Of a stretch of DNA of 64,000 bases, positions 12,331-25,408 are shown piece by piece (the first letter of the stretch is position 1; the number at the start of each line of letters is the position of its first letter). Made by a program: the position numbers and the translations under genes. This DNA is from Octopus sinensis (Eukaryota): positions 65,968,001 through 66,032,000 of the forward strand of contig NC_043003.1 in the NCBI RefSeq assembly GCF_006345805.1, given 5' to 3'. The notes below the pieces were generated by a model that searched no databases, was not told the DNA's origin, and worked only from the letters and a program-made list of their open reading frames with translations.

Positions 12331-13480
12331 TGTGTGTATTGTTATATCTGTAGATGGTCATTTCTTTTTCTTGACAAATTTGCACACACCATATATATTC
12401 ATTCTTTATTTGTTTATTATTTTTCTTATTTTATGTCCTATGTCTTGAAAGCTTTCGCCGCACGCACACTTGTGACTCCTTCGGCGACTTTCCATCCCAC
12501 CTGTGTCCTCCTGTTCTGTTTAGTTGATTCTGCCTTTCTGTGGTGCGTCTCTTTACCTGATCACGCGTTTGTGTTTGTATGCATGTGCGCGCGTGTGTGT
12601 GTACGCATCTCGATGTGTTCTGTGTGTTTTGCGTGTGTATATGAGCTTGTTCACTATAGTATTTATATCCGTGTTCTCTATGCATTCATTTATTTTCATT
12701 TACTTATTTATTTCTCTACTTTCCATCATTTCACCTTAAATTTGTGTATGTGTGTCTTTTGTGTATATATATATGAGTTTACGTAGTATAATGTTTGTAT
12801 CTGTGTCTCATTTTTTGCTCCCGTTCTCTCTTTAGTCGTCATGTTGGGTAGTGTAGTTGTGTTGGGTGTTATTGTTCCATTCCTAATTTCTGTTAAAGCT
12901 CGGTCTGTTTCTTACTATGTGTGCGGCTTCTGTTTTCTAAGTGCCGTGCCTGTTCTATGCATTGATAATGCCTAAACATCAATATTATTTACCGGGTCTC
13001 TATGTTCTAATTTAGCATGTTGGTAAAGTACTGATGAGAGTTTCTCTTCTTTGAGCTCCCGCCAGTTGCACCTGACCGCTCTCCTATGCTACATGTCGTT
13101 TCACCAAAGTAACATTTCTTTTGTTTTTCCATCTTCACTCAGTACACCGAATGCGATACAGAACATTCCTAATCCTACAGTTAGCTTGTGGGCTCATACT
13201 ATATACAATATAGTTTTTCTGCGTACACGGGAGCCTTTTGAATGAATTTGTTCTAGAGATCAGGAATTTTATGGGGGTGCCTGGACTTTCTACTACTTTA
13301 ATCGTTGATTTACTTTATCTAATGTATTCCTAAAAAGGTATGCTAGTTTGTCGCTAGAGGTAACATCAGCGAACACGATAATCTGGTATTTTCGGTTGTC
13401 ATACTATGTGTTGGCTATCTTCTGGATCTTTTCTACGTTGTTCTAGGATTTACTACTGTATAGAGGACAGATCCATTTTG
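12260..13480 (-). mobile_element. Penelope-like element remnant (GIY-YIG endonuclease plus 3' region)
   Basis: Minus strand: NVLYRIRC (13167-13144), CYFGETTCSIGER (from 13114), LYQHAKLEH...EAAHIVRNRPSFNRN*EW. This is the GIY-YIG layout typical of PLEs, with stops and frameshifts. Confidence 0.8.
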
Positions 13481-13485
13481 TATAA

Positions 13486-13520
<35 letters not shown>

Positions 13521-13769
13521 TACGTTTTATTTATTTTATTCTTTAAAAAATCAAGGTAGTAAAATATCAGCTATTTTTCTGTGTGAAACAAATCCAATAT
13601 TTTATCCTTGAACAGTCTTTACATCACAGCGGCGTAATGTACAGGACCATCATATTAAAAGTAACGCATTTTATATTTAAGATGAAACGTCGAATTTTTA
13701 TTATTGGAGTTTTTCTGCTATATTTTAGCAAATCTAGAGAATATTAAAGCTACAATTTTCATGTAATCT

Positions 13770-14140
13770 TGAAGTATACAGTTATGTTGCCTGCTTTGTA
13801 ACCGCGTGGGTTCGTGTTCAGTTCCTCTGTGTGGCACCTTGGGTAACTGTTCTTCTATTACAGTCCCGGGCCGACTAATATCTTTTAAGTGAAGTAGGTA
13901 GGCAGAAGCTGTGGAAAGCCTGTCGTGTGTTTATGTGAGTCGTTTTGTTTGATTGTCACCTCTTCCCCCACTGTCTCAAAACTGTTGCCGAGTTTTTAAG
14001 TCCCCGCAACTTAGCAACTCGGCAAACGAAACCTAAATAATCATATGTATTGATATCGATTTGTTCGGCTTCTATCCTTCATGTCGGTGCCCCAGTATGG
14101 CGGTGCTGTAGTCCAGTGCCTGAAACAAGAAAAAAAGATA
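13770..14140 (+). mobile_element. SINE-A, old copy
   Basis: gtgtggcaccttgggtaactg...cgggccgac...gtcggtgccccagtatggc...ctgaaacaag. Confidence 0.75.
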
Positions 14141-14912
14141 AGTTAAAAGATTATCATCTAAAATTATTATTATGAAGAAATATATTCCTCCTTAATATTA
14201 GATTTCATACTGGATCAAATGAAATTTTATTAAATCTCATCTGATGATATTTTCATTAAAAAGAATTTTTTTTCTAAATTTATAAGATAATTTCCAGATC
14301 AAAAATTTCAATATTTTAAAGTAGGAAATATTTCTTTGCGTTTCATTCTGTTAAAAACAGGGTTATTTATCAACGAATCAAGAAGTAATTTAAACCATTA
14401 AAAATGATTACAATTGATTAAAGCAGATTTTGCAATATATCTCAGTTTATAGATTTAAACCGGCTGTAGCCACTCGCTAATTTACTAATTTTTATCGTTG
14501 CATAAATTTTTAGAAAAACCTACACAAAAAAAAACAAAAACATCATAATAAATATTATGCAATCTATAAAGTGGTTCGTATTTTAATGTTAAAAAAAATA
14601 TCAAATGTGTTATTAGCTCGAGTTGTTTAATGAGAATCTATATATAAGGCAAATGTTTGCTTGACATAATTATCAAACATATTTAGCCAACCATATCGTT
14701 AGAAGTTCATATTTTTTATGAAACCATACAGCTTCTATTGCAAATCGATTGCAATTAAAAAGTTCAAGAGCAATAGAAACGTTATGAAATATCTATTTGA
14801 TTTCAAAACAATTAGATATACGTAAAAAACATTCAAGCAACCTTAAGCATATTTGATATAGTAAAACATGAGCGTTCATTACAAAGTGTTTTACAGAATA
14901 TCTTTCTCGTGA

Positions 14913-15050
14913 TGGCAAATCGGCAGAATCATTAGCCCATGGAACAAAAATGCTTACCGGCACTTCACCTGCTTCTTTACGATCCGAGTTCAAATCCGGC
15001 TGGGGACAACTCTACTATCCATCCCTTGGGGTCGATGGAATAAAGCACAA
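14913..15050 (+). mobile_element. SINE-B-related head, diverged
   Basis: ggcagaatcattagc...aaaatgctta...gagttcaaatcc...ccatcccttggggtcgat. Confidence 0.65.
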
Positions 15051-16233
15051 CCCCAGCATTGAAGATGATATTACAGATCGGACCCTTCTCCTTGAAATCG
15101 CTTGCCTTGAGCCTTGCAACAGATCGGTCTCCCTTTCAGGTGGAATGCTGTCACCTCGATCACCCATACGTCATGAAACCTGCTAATCGGTGTTAAATAT
15201 CGAAGGAGCTGAGAAATGTTTTACAGACTACTTCTAAATTGAAAAACTCGTTAAGACGAATAATTTCATCTCCTATATTTATTCAGATTATCATTGGCAG
15301 TATTACTTGTATATAACTGATTCTGTACTACTATTGTTATAGCTTCTGCTCATAAGAAATGAATGGCCTCAAGTAAATTCGAAGAAAACCCTTCCCAGCA
15401 CTCGTCACCCTTATCATGTTGCCCTCCTCAACGGACCTAACTGAACATTATCAACATATTTTCCTTTCTTTGAAGTTTTAATCTTTGAAATGTTTCTTAT
15501 GCGACATCGATTTGTTACTATCCTAGAAGAATAGAGAGATTTTCCATCTTACTCGTATCGGAAGGCATCCGAATGCCTTGGACCGAATTATTATCCCTAA
15601 TACAAAGCAGATTTGCTGTCTCCAGATGTTATTGCTAAGCTCTTGCTACACAATAAAAGCAGTAATAATGACTGTGTTCTGTATAAAAACGAATGGAAAG
15701 TAAACATTCTCAAGTCAATTAAGCACCACTTTTAGTCTATTAATCTGTCTACTTAAACCATGACTGTGCAGTAGTAATTGAAATCAATTCATTATAGAAA
15801 CCCTGTTATTTTACTCAACATAAAATATTATAAGTATAGAAATACTGAAGCGCTAATACAGGAACGTTCTTTCTTTTTTCTTTTAATTTTTGTGAAAACA
15901 TAATTTGCGCTGTAAAAAATTGCTGGTGTACAGTGCTTAACTTCAAGCCTGTTAAAGTGTCTCAAGAATGTCGGAAGCAGAGTAAGTGTTTCAAAGAATC
16001 TACCTAAGTCGATAGCGGTTATTGACTTCAGTTGGAATAACGAAGGCGATGCTTTTTGCGTAACAATTTGACTGAATTAAACGATTCTGTTCTTCTTCAA
16101 TATGCTACTAGCACTGCTTCCTAGTTTTGTGGGAAATAGCATACGTTGAACATAAATATAAAAGTGAGCACATAATAATTAGCACACTTTAAGTTAATAT
16201 ACAAGTTGCAGCATCCACCAAAAAAACAAAAAA

Positions 16234-16304
16234 ACAATAATAATAATAATAACAACAACAGCAACAACAACAACAACAACAACAATAATAATAATAAAAA
16301 TAAA

Positions 16305-16375
<71 letters not shown>

Positions 16376-16405
16376 CAATAATAATAACAATAATAATAAT
16401 AATAA
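16234..16405. repeat. (AAT)n/(AAC)n microsatellite
   Basis: Read directly. Confidence 0.97.
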
Positions 16406-16609
16406 AACGAAACAAAGGAATTACTGATTAGGTTACATTTGACGGCATTCTACATGTCTTATCTACATTCATTCAAGAAAAATACAATTTCTTGTTAACT
16501 TTTCCATACTGATTACAGGAAACAACAGCAGATTTTGTCAGTTATACATTGTTCTTCATGCGTACTATCTGTCCCTCTATTTTACCTTCTACCTCCCTTC
16601 CTCTTTCTA

Positions 16610-16661
16610 TACCTATCTATCTATCTTTCTATCTATCAATCTATCTATCTATCTATCTATA

Positions 16662-16702
<41 letters not shown>

Positions 16703-16740
16703 GTATATCTAGCTCTGTCTATCTATCCCTCTAGCTATCC

Positions 16741-16818
<78 letters not shown>

Positions 16819-16957
16819 TGATCTATTTTCTATCTATACCTATCTATCCATCTATCTACGTATCTATCTACCTATCTCTTTATCTATCTATCTTTCAACC
16901 TACCTATCTATTTGTCTATTTTTCTTTCTATCTATCTCTTTATCTCTCTATCTCTCA

Positions 16958-16991
<34 letters not shown>

Positions 16992-17025
16992 TTATCAATA
17001 TATATGTATATCTATCTATCTCTAT
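16610..17025. repeat. Long imperfect (TATC)n array
   Basis: Read directly; source of the YLSI-repeat ORFs. Confidence 0.95.
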
Positions 17026-17029
17026 GGAT

Positions 17030-17960
17030 AGAATTGGTCACGACGGTGAACTTCCATCGAAAACTCATGGACATAGGTGACATAATAATCCAACTGCTTG
17101 TTTCTTGCACAATCCTGTGCAATAAACTCGATCAAATAAGCCTAACAACAGATATAGGAATTAGAATCTCCTCTGGTTCAACCCAATTTTCGCTTCGCAT
17201 GTTTCAACCATGATCGTTGGAAAATTTATTACCGCTTTGGACAAACGTTTTCCTAAATCTTATCGATGTCATGCTTTTTTTAATCGGTACACCATAAAAG
17301 TAACCTACGCTAAATTAACTCTGCTAATTTAGACCAGCTTATGCTCCGCAAAAACAATTGTAAAATGCGACAAAGGTTCAATAACCCACCTACTAGATCT
17401 AGCGAACATACGCATCTAAATACCAAAGAAGGAGATGTAAAATGCAATGAAAAACACCAATTACCGCTAAGTTGTAATATTAGAAATGTTTATGATACAG
17501 CTTCCTCGGTAACAACTGATGAAGATTAAACGAATCTGAAATCAGCGGTGTTATGACTCCATGTCACTTGTCATAAGGAGGAAGCTTGTTTCTCTTGTCA
17601 ATCGTTAGAATACTGCTCTCACGTGACTAAGAGTTGTTCTGTCTCTTATTTCTAGCAATGATGATGCTCAGTAGCACCCTCCGTCAGTTTAGGGATGATT
17701 CTATCCGTTGCCTTTCGGTTGTTAACTGAGAATAGCTACCTGAATACTTTATTATTCTCACGTCACCATTTTCGGAACTCAGTATTTTCTATGGCAGTCT
17801 CTATAAAACTGACAAGGTGAGATAAGTTCTTTAACCCTCGGTGATAAAGTAACAGGTCCCTGATGAAGATTAATCTAATCTGAAATCGGCGCTGATGTAA
17901 TTCTATCTTGCTTGTCTTAGGAAGGGAGTTTGTCTCCCTTGTCAGTCATTAGAAAAGTGA
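17030..17960 (+). mobile_element. Penelope-like element remnant (post-RT thumb region) with duplicated 3' repeat
   Basis: NLLWFNPIFASHVSTMIVGKFITALDKRFPKSYRCH/FNRYTIKVTY (WFNP at 17174) resembles the PLE WFNPP...IG..FL..KHFP...FNRNT.K.SYSC motif. Diverged direct repeats of about 110 bp lie at about 17516-17610 and 17860-17955. Confidence 0.7.
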
Positions 17961-18244
17961 TTTCACGAAAATATATCCGACTTATAATATAAACATTAAT
18001 ATTTAATGTTCCTCAACATGCAACAGGCCCTCCTTTGAATTTACAATTGACTCTACAATAATCTTTTAAAATATTCTCGAGGGAATATACGTTTATATAT
18101 AATAGGGCACAGAAGAGGAAAATCTGCCAAGATTGAAATATTACTCTGTGTGTTGGACTGTCAAATAAATTCTTTTGTTTTATTTTATTTAATTTAATCC
18201 TCTTTTGTCAACATTTTTACAAATCAGTCAATATATTCTCCTTC

Positions 18245-18853
18245 TTAAGGCGGCGAGCTGGCAGAAACTTTAGCACGCTGGGCGAAATGCTTAACGGTAT
18301 TTCGTCTGCCATTACGTTCTGAGTTAAAATTCCACCAATGTCAACTTTGCCTTTCATCCTTTCGAGGTCGATTAAATAAGTACCAATTATGCACTGGAGT
18401 CGATATAATCGACTTAATCCGTTTGTCTGTCTTTGTTTGACCCCTCTGTGTGTAGCCCCTTGTGGGCAGTAAAGAAATAGGTATTTCGTCTGCCGCTACG
18501 TTATGAGTCCAAATTCCGACGAGGTTGACTTTGCCTTTCCTCCTTTCGGGATCGATAAATTAAGTTATGCACTGGGGTCGATGTAATCGACTTAATCCCT
18601 TTGTCTGTCCTTGTTTGTCCCCTCTATGTTTAGCCCCTTGTGGGCAATAAAGAAATAAGAAACGTTAGCACGCCCGATGAAATGCTTAGCGATATTTTGT
18701 CTGTCTTTACGTTCTGAGTTCAAATTCCACCAAGCTCAATTTTACCTTTCACCCTTTTGGGGTCTGTATATTAAGTACCAGTTGCGTACTGGGGTCGATA
18801 TAATCGACTAGCCCCTCCCCCAAAAGTTAGGGCCTTGTGCCTAGAATAGAAAA
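18245..18853 (+). mobile_element. SINE-B head-to-tail trimer with 16-bp TSD
   Basis: Three tandem units starting near 18248, 18480 and 18657. caatatattctccttc occurs at 18229-18244 and 18854-18869. Confidence 0.92.
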
Positions 18854-18904
18854 CAATATATTCTCCTTCATTTTTCACCATTCCTTGCCGACCACCTACT
18901 AGTC

Positions 18905-19121
18905 CAGTGGTTCCCAACCGTTACACAGTGGTTCCCATCAGTGCTTCCCAACCTTTTTATTTAAATGAGTTTTTCCAATGGACCGAATTTAATATGCTTA
19001 TCCTTATGTACATATATATGTGTATGTGTGTTTGTATGCGATCTTGAATTTAGTTCACAAACCCCCAAAACCACCTTTGCGGACAACCAGGGATCTGCGG
19101 ACACCAGGTTTGAAACTACTG
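18905..19121. mobile_element. hAT-type MITE
   Basis: TIRs cagtggttcccaacc / ggtttgaaactactg; 8-bp flanks tactagtc / gactagtc (7/8 match, hAT-length TSD). Confidence 0.85.
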
Positions 19122-21531
19122 GACTAGTCTGTCAATGCATCGACTGCAGAAATCACCGGATATTGATTCGAAGAATCCAAATAACATGAGAAAGAAACGA
19201 ACTAATTTATCTAACAACCCAATAGAAGTAGCAGCTGGGCGATAAATTAGAGTGTATGGTCCTCAGTTAGACGGTCATAAGGTGGCACCAGGAAGCTCAT
19301 GCAACAGCATAGATATCAATCAAAGTTTGAGGATTTCTGATCTATTGTTCCTTAATTCTAATAACCAGAAATGACTTATATATCTGAAACTTCCAAACAT
19401 TTCGGATGTTTTTTTATATTTCTAGCTGTAGCACTGACCATAATCATACTTGCTATATATGAATTCAGCGAACGTTTAACTACCCTATACCTCGCGCAGT
19501 TATTCTTCCACAGAATTACTTTCCGTTTTAACATTTCACACGCGGTAACGTTACTTCAAAAGCTACAATGAACATTAATCAAACTAACTTCACTTTATTA
19601 TCCATCTGTCTCGAAAGGTGTGAAAAATTATTGGCACTGTACCATTGTAAGCAGACTGCCGAAATAAACACTCTTTCAATGACAACAACTGCATGGCTAG
19701 CTAAAATATAGAAAACGCCTGCTACTACTGTTTCACTAAAATAAAGAAAATAGATAATAGCAAGGAAAATAGTGCAAAGTACAGCTGAATGTGACGATAA
19801 ACAATTACTGCAGAGATATAAATATAGAGAAGAATGTGAAGGTCAGCAATGATAGAGGTAATTGCAGACTAAGCAGGAGCAGCTGCTTCAATAATGACCG
19901 CATCAAACGGCAAATAAAATAATGTGGATGAGATAAACAACTTCAATAGATAACAGAAGCGATTTTCCTGGCGACATTAGTTGCTGAAGAGGCGTTTATC
20001 TTGACAGAAAAAACCTTCCATTTTTTTCTTCCTTTTAAGAAGCAAGGATTCAAGAAGAAAGCTACATTAGCTGTATTTGCCAACATTACTTTTCCTGCCA
20101 ATTAAACCTACTATAAGTAGTTTGAGAAATATTAAGAGTCTATAAAAATATCAATTAACAGGGATTAACGCTATACCATTCATGTTACCTAAGGGCAGAA
20201 ATTTTGGACAATAACAACTTAGTAATAGAAAGAACGAGTTCATATATTTTCTGTATAAGGAGATTTATAAATATTCAATAGCTATAATGTTTTTTTAATA
20301 AGAAAAGAAATGCTATATGAGGGGTGGGGCAGATTGATTATTATTTACTGTATTTTTGATTTTGAACAAAAGAATATTTTTTACAAATATTCACTACCTT
20401 ACAAAAATTATTAGCTAAGCGAATGATCTTCTTTAAATGCAAAAAAAAAAAAACACAACAATACATTCAGAACTCTATTTCAAAACATTATCTCCGTTAT
20501 CTTTGAGCATATAAATAACAAATTTTAGCTGGGACAAAATGAATAAAAAGAGGCAAATTTGCCTCTTTTATTCCACAGAATTACATTTGAAAACAGACTC
20601 ATACTCATCAATGTTCATCCTTCGTCATCAGTAAAATCAATAATGTAACCAATATTTAAATTGCTAGGTCGAATGAAAGAGGATCAGGGAAAAATAGCAC
20701 ATGATACAAAATTAACGAAATTTGATGAAATCGAAAGACTGAACGTAAAATATTCTTTAAATCTTCGCGATCTGTAGGAGTGATTCTTCTTGACATATTC
20801 ACACACCATGGAGTTATATAGAAAAAAATTACTGAAATTAGACGTTATCCATTTTGTTCCAGTTCAGACACCATTTTTTGAAAATTGAGAATTATCGAAT
20901 TAGATATTATGTGGAAAGAAATTGACATGAAATTGAAAAGGAGAAAAGAATATTCAATGTTTAAACACCAAAAACTTTCTAGTTATTTTATTAGAAGCCT
21001 CACTTACAATCGGCTCAATGTTGAGGAAAAATTTCTTGAAAATGGTGCCTCTCACATAACTATGTTGCAAACTCTCTCCTTCTCAACAATAACAACTATG
21101 CTGACCCATTTTGACTCCCAAAGATGATGCAACAGGACAAAATAATGCTGCAACACATGAAAGGAAGTTATTCTTTCAAACGGATAGGAAGAAAATAACG
21201 AGAAATCTGAAATTACTCATTTGACTCGGATACCAGCCACCCTTACTCCAGAGAAGAAATATAGCTGTACTTAGTGGAAACAATCTAACAACATACTGGA
21301 ACTAAAACAATAACGTAAAGTAAATAAGACAAACACATACACACAAACAGACGCAGACAGACACACACGCACACACAGACACACACAGAGACACAGATAC
21401 ACACACACACATGGACGCACGCATGCACACAGACACACGCACAGACACACACACACGGACGCACACATGCACACTGACACACACGTACACAGACACACAC
21501 GCACACATCACACACGCATACAGATACACAC

Positions 21532-21574
<43 letters not shown>

Positions 21575-22730
21575 TGAGATTCATTTGAATTAGGTACTTA
21601 ATTTGAAGCGCGAAGTCAGTCCGGTATTATCCGCACAGTTCGAAGTCAGGTGAATAAAATCAAAAGAAGCAACAGCATATCAAGAAGTATTGCAGTACGA
21701 TCGTTTTAAGCGGCTCCATTTAATTGAACAATGCAATAATTACATCAATTTCAAAACAATGCTATCTTCAGCTGCACAAATGAATAAAGGGAATCTTAAC
21801 AAGTAGGACACATTAATATAATTTTTCTTAAATAGTTCAACTGAATAAGAAGATAGAAGAAATTCATGTTAATCGCTATTGTATCTAGGAATAGACTACA
21901 ACTTCTAAGAATCGCATGGAGCATAGTGGGGTCATAGGATTGTAACGGTTGTAAATTAATTCTAATTCTTTATCAACTACTACATCTGAAACAAGAAGAC
22001 ATTCTATTTAAAAAAAGACAAGAATGAGTTGACAACTCATGGCTAAGTATTATCATAAGCATTTCCTTTCCCCAGGGAGGAAATAAAACATTAGCAGCAG
22101 TCAGCTGTATATAAGTAACTGTCAAAAAAACGAGGCAGGGTAGGGGTAGGCTTTAAATCATGATGTTAATTATCAGTTAAAGGGGCAAGACACAAAGAAT
22201 CCTAAGATGTTAATACAGGGGAAATTTCATTATGAGGTCTAGTGGGGTTTATAAACAATATTGTTATGTTATATATAAATAAATTTTAAGAGTTCCAAAA
22301 TTGATATCATAACCAAATTTGGTAAAAGATGTGTATATATCAATGAAAAACATCAAAAAGGAAGAGAGAGAAAGAGAGAGAGAGAGAGGAAGTTGAATAA
22401 GAAGGAATAAACAGATTACTTAGATATAGAAAGCCCCCTTTCCTACCGAATTGTATGCGTGGGAAAATAACCAAGGCCAGCCTCTGCAGAGAGACAAATA
22501 ACACGATTGGTAATAACCTTCATAATATGGTACACTATAAAATTTCCTTGAGATATGTTGAGATTTCGCCATTGATCTATAATTTACTACAAGCTATATC
22601 TGATGGCCAATCAAAAATATTCAATATAGAACGTTAAGTCATGTGCATAGGCATCGATATTAAACATTAGTTAATTCGATCATATCCGTCTGTGAAATAC
22701 ACATACACACGCATACACACACATCACATA

Positions 22731-22764
<34 letters not shown>

Positions 22765-22876
22765 TAATATACACACCTATGTATATAAAGTAATATACAT
22801 ACATACTCTCACACATACATTTGCAGGTATATAAATGTATAAGCATATATGTATATATAAGTGCATATATACATAC

Positions 22877-22908
<32 letters not shown>

Positions 22909-24097
22909 TAAATTTTGTATTTTTTGACAATTGTCAACTTCTAAAGATTTACAATTTTTGATATATAAATTCATATATGAATTTATGGTCTGGGAAGCGA
23001 TAGTAATGCTTGCAATGCTGCGAAATTATGAATGATTTTTGTTATATTTCAGCTGATGGAAATCACACCTAATCCTTCAACAGCCAGAAGTATTATTTAT
23101 CGAAGATTCAGCAGAAATAATTCCTGACTAACAAAATATTTTCTGGTGACAAACAAGTTTCGTTAAACTAGTGTTTTCGCTAGAGACAATGTTTCGTTTT
23201 TACCTAATGGCAATCAATATTAAATAGGTGCTCAAGAAAGCGTTTGTGTGGTGTGGTGGTGGTGGTAATGGTAGTGGTGTGTGTGTGTTTGTGTGTATTT
23301 GTGTGTGTGTTTGTGTCTGTGCAGTCTACATGGCTATTCAAACTCTCGATGCTATAGACGAATATCCTGCTGGTGCTAAGTGTTAAATAGTTTTTACTAT
23401 GAAAACATTTCTGCGCATTATATGTTTGTCATTATACATATGTGTGTACGTGCACGTGGGTGTGCGTATGTATGTATGAATGAATGCATTTATGTACGTA
23501 TATATATATGTATGTACGTATTCATACATGTATATATGTATATATGCATGTATGTATGTATGTGTATGTATGTATGGTATATATGTAGATTCTCTTCTGG
23601 ATATATCCTTAAAATATCTTAAACTAACACAAACACATAGCCTGGAAGTTACAAAGAGCTTGGAAATTTTTATGACGTATTACAATTAGACTGAGACACA
23701 TACATGCGAGTACAGTCACAAAAGCACAGAGCTACGAACACATATGAATATTTTGTTAGATAACACAACTGACGCAATTGGAAATTCAAAACATATAAAT
23801 TCACAATGAACTTAAATATGTCTTGAAATTTTTCAACACCTTTCCAACCGGTTTCACATCTGATGCGATACTCAAACATAGAACACAGTTAAGAATGAGC
23901 TTTTTTTATGTTTATCGACATTGATATTTGTGATTTTCTTGACTCCACAAAAGATAACTGACAACGCATAGCAATCTATACTTTGAAGTGACTTGTTTTC
24001 AATATTCACTATAAATTTCTAACCTGTTATTGATTTGGTGCAATGGGAAAGATTGATATTTGTGAATTTCTTGACTCCACAAAAGTTTGAATTTCGA

Positions 24098-24245
24098 AGG
24101 AGAGTGTAAGTCGATTACATCGATCCCAGTGTTCAAATAATACTCGTTTTATCGACCCGAAACGGATGAAAAGCAAAGTCAATCTCTGCGCATTTGAACT
24201 TATAATGTAAAGACGGATTAAATGCAAACGCTTCTGTGCGTAAAC
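24098..24245 (-). mobile_element. SINE-B fragment
   Basis: agtcgattacatcgatcccagtg...tttatcgacccgaaacggatgaaaagcaaagtc. Confidence 0.8.
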
Positions 24246-25227
24246 ACTTTTCATAAACAGTGTATGCGCAAGTATATACACACATTATGATATTAGTTGT
24301 CGAATTGTTTTGCTTAATTTTTACTCAATGGTACAGACTGAGAGATGTCCTACTTCCTTCATTTAAGCTATGATCCCATATATTATAGAGATCGACATTG
24401 CCACTCACTTCTTTGCCATATGTTAATAAAATGATAGAAGTATTATTCTGTGATGATGCATTTTTATGTTTGACTACTCCTCAAATTTCGCTTCGCACCC
24501 GAGAAAGCTTTATAAACTCGTCTGGTGGCGCAAAAATTCGTTCAGTATTGCCATATATTTTATTCATAATATAAAATAGTATTTTAACTCTTAGATTTAT
24601 AACGCTAGTGAATTTTTAATTGAACTGTGAAAATAACAACAGCTTTGATATATGATCGGATATTATACTAAACCTAAAAGAGAGAAATTGCATTAATATT
24701 TTATGATGAAATCACCATAATAATTGGCTTTTAACGAAGCACGATGAAAAGAATTATGAGTGACGTAATGACAATCTATCCTACCTCTCCTGATGTATGA
24801 CTCTCTTGGTGATAATTTTCAACTAATACCGATCCACAGGAGATGTATTATCATTTAATAAACGTTTCCCGAAAAAAGCCTTTATTGAAGCTGGTCTTCT
24901 GAGTCAATATTTTAGGCTAGATTTTCCAGAAAAATGATTAAAACAAGAAATTTAAATACTTCAGAAACAGATAATTTTTATTTAATGCGTATTTTTTCCT
25001 TTTTGAAATATAATGGTCCTTAATGTAATGCATCGGATATTGACTATATATAATATTTATATTTTTGAGACGTTAGTGTCTTAGCAAAATATTTTTTTAG
25101 AAATTTCTGTCGTAGAATTTATACCATTATCGCCATCACAGAATTGCCGAGCAAAATGCTTGGCAGCAATTCACTTTGATTTAACGTTCTGAGTTCCAGA
25201 TTACTTTCCATCCACAGATGTCGATGT

Positions 25228-25276
25228 GTTGTTGTTGTTGTTGTTGTTATCATCATCATCATCATCTTCATCATCA

Positions 25277-25353
<77 letters not shown>

Positions 25354-25408
25354 GTTGTTGTTGTTGTTTGTTGTTGTTGTTTTTGTTGTTGTTGTTTTTG
25401 TTGTCGTC
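25228..25408. repeat. Compound (GTT)/(CAT)/(ATT)n array, preceded by a SINE-B head fragment at 25138-25200
   Basis: Read directly. Confidence 0.9.

Noticed and set aside
13031-13045. CTGATGAG on the plus strand
   Set aside because: No stem II-GAAA follows; it is antisense to the PLE coding remnant.
18245-18853. Repeat-spacer-like periodicity (CRISPR?)
   Set aside because: The units are about 180-230 bp SINE monomers without unique spacers, in a eukaryotic context with no cas genes.
19600-21230. Purine-rich stretches resembling a decayed transposase
   Set aside because: No diagnostic motif or terminus found, so unassignable.
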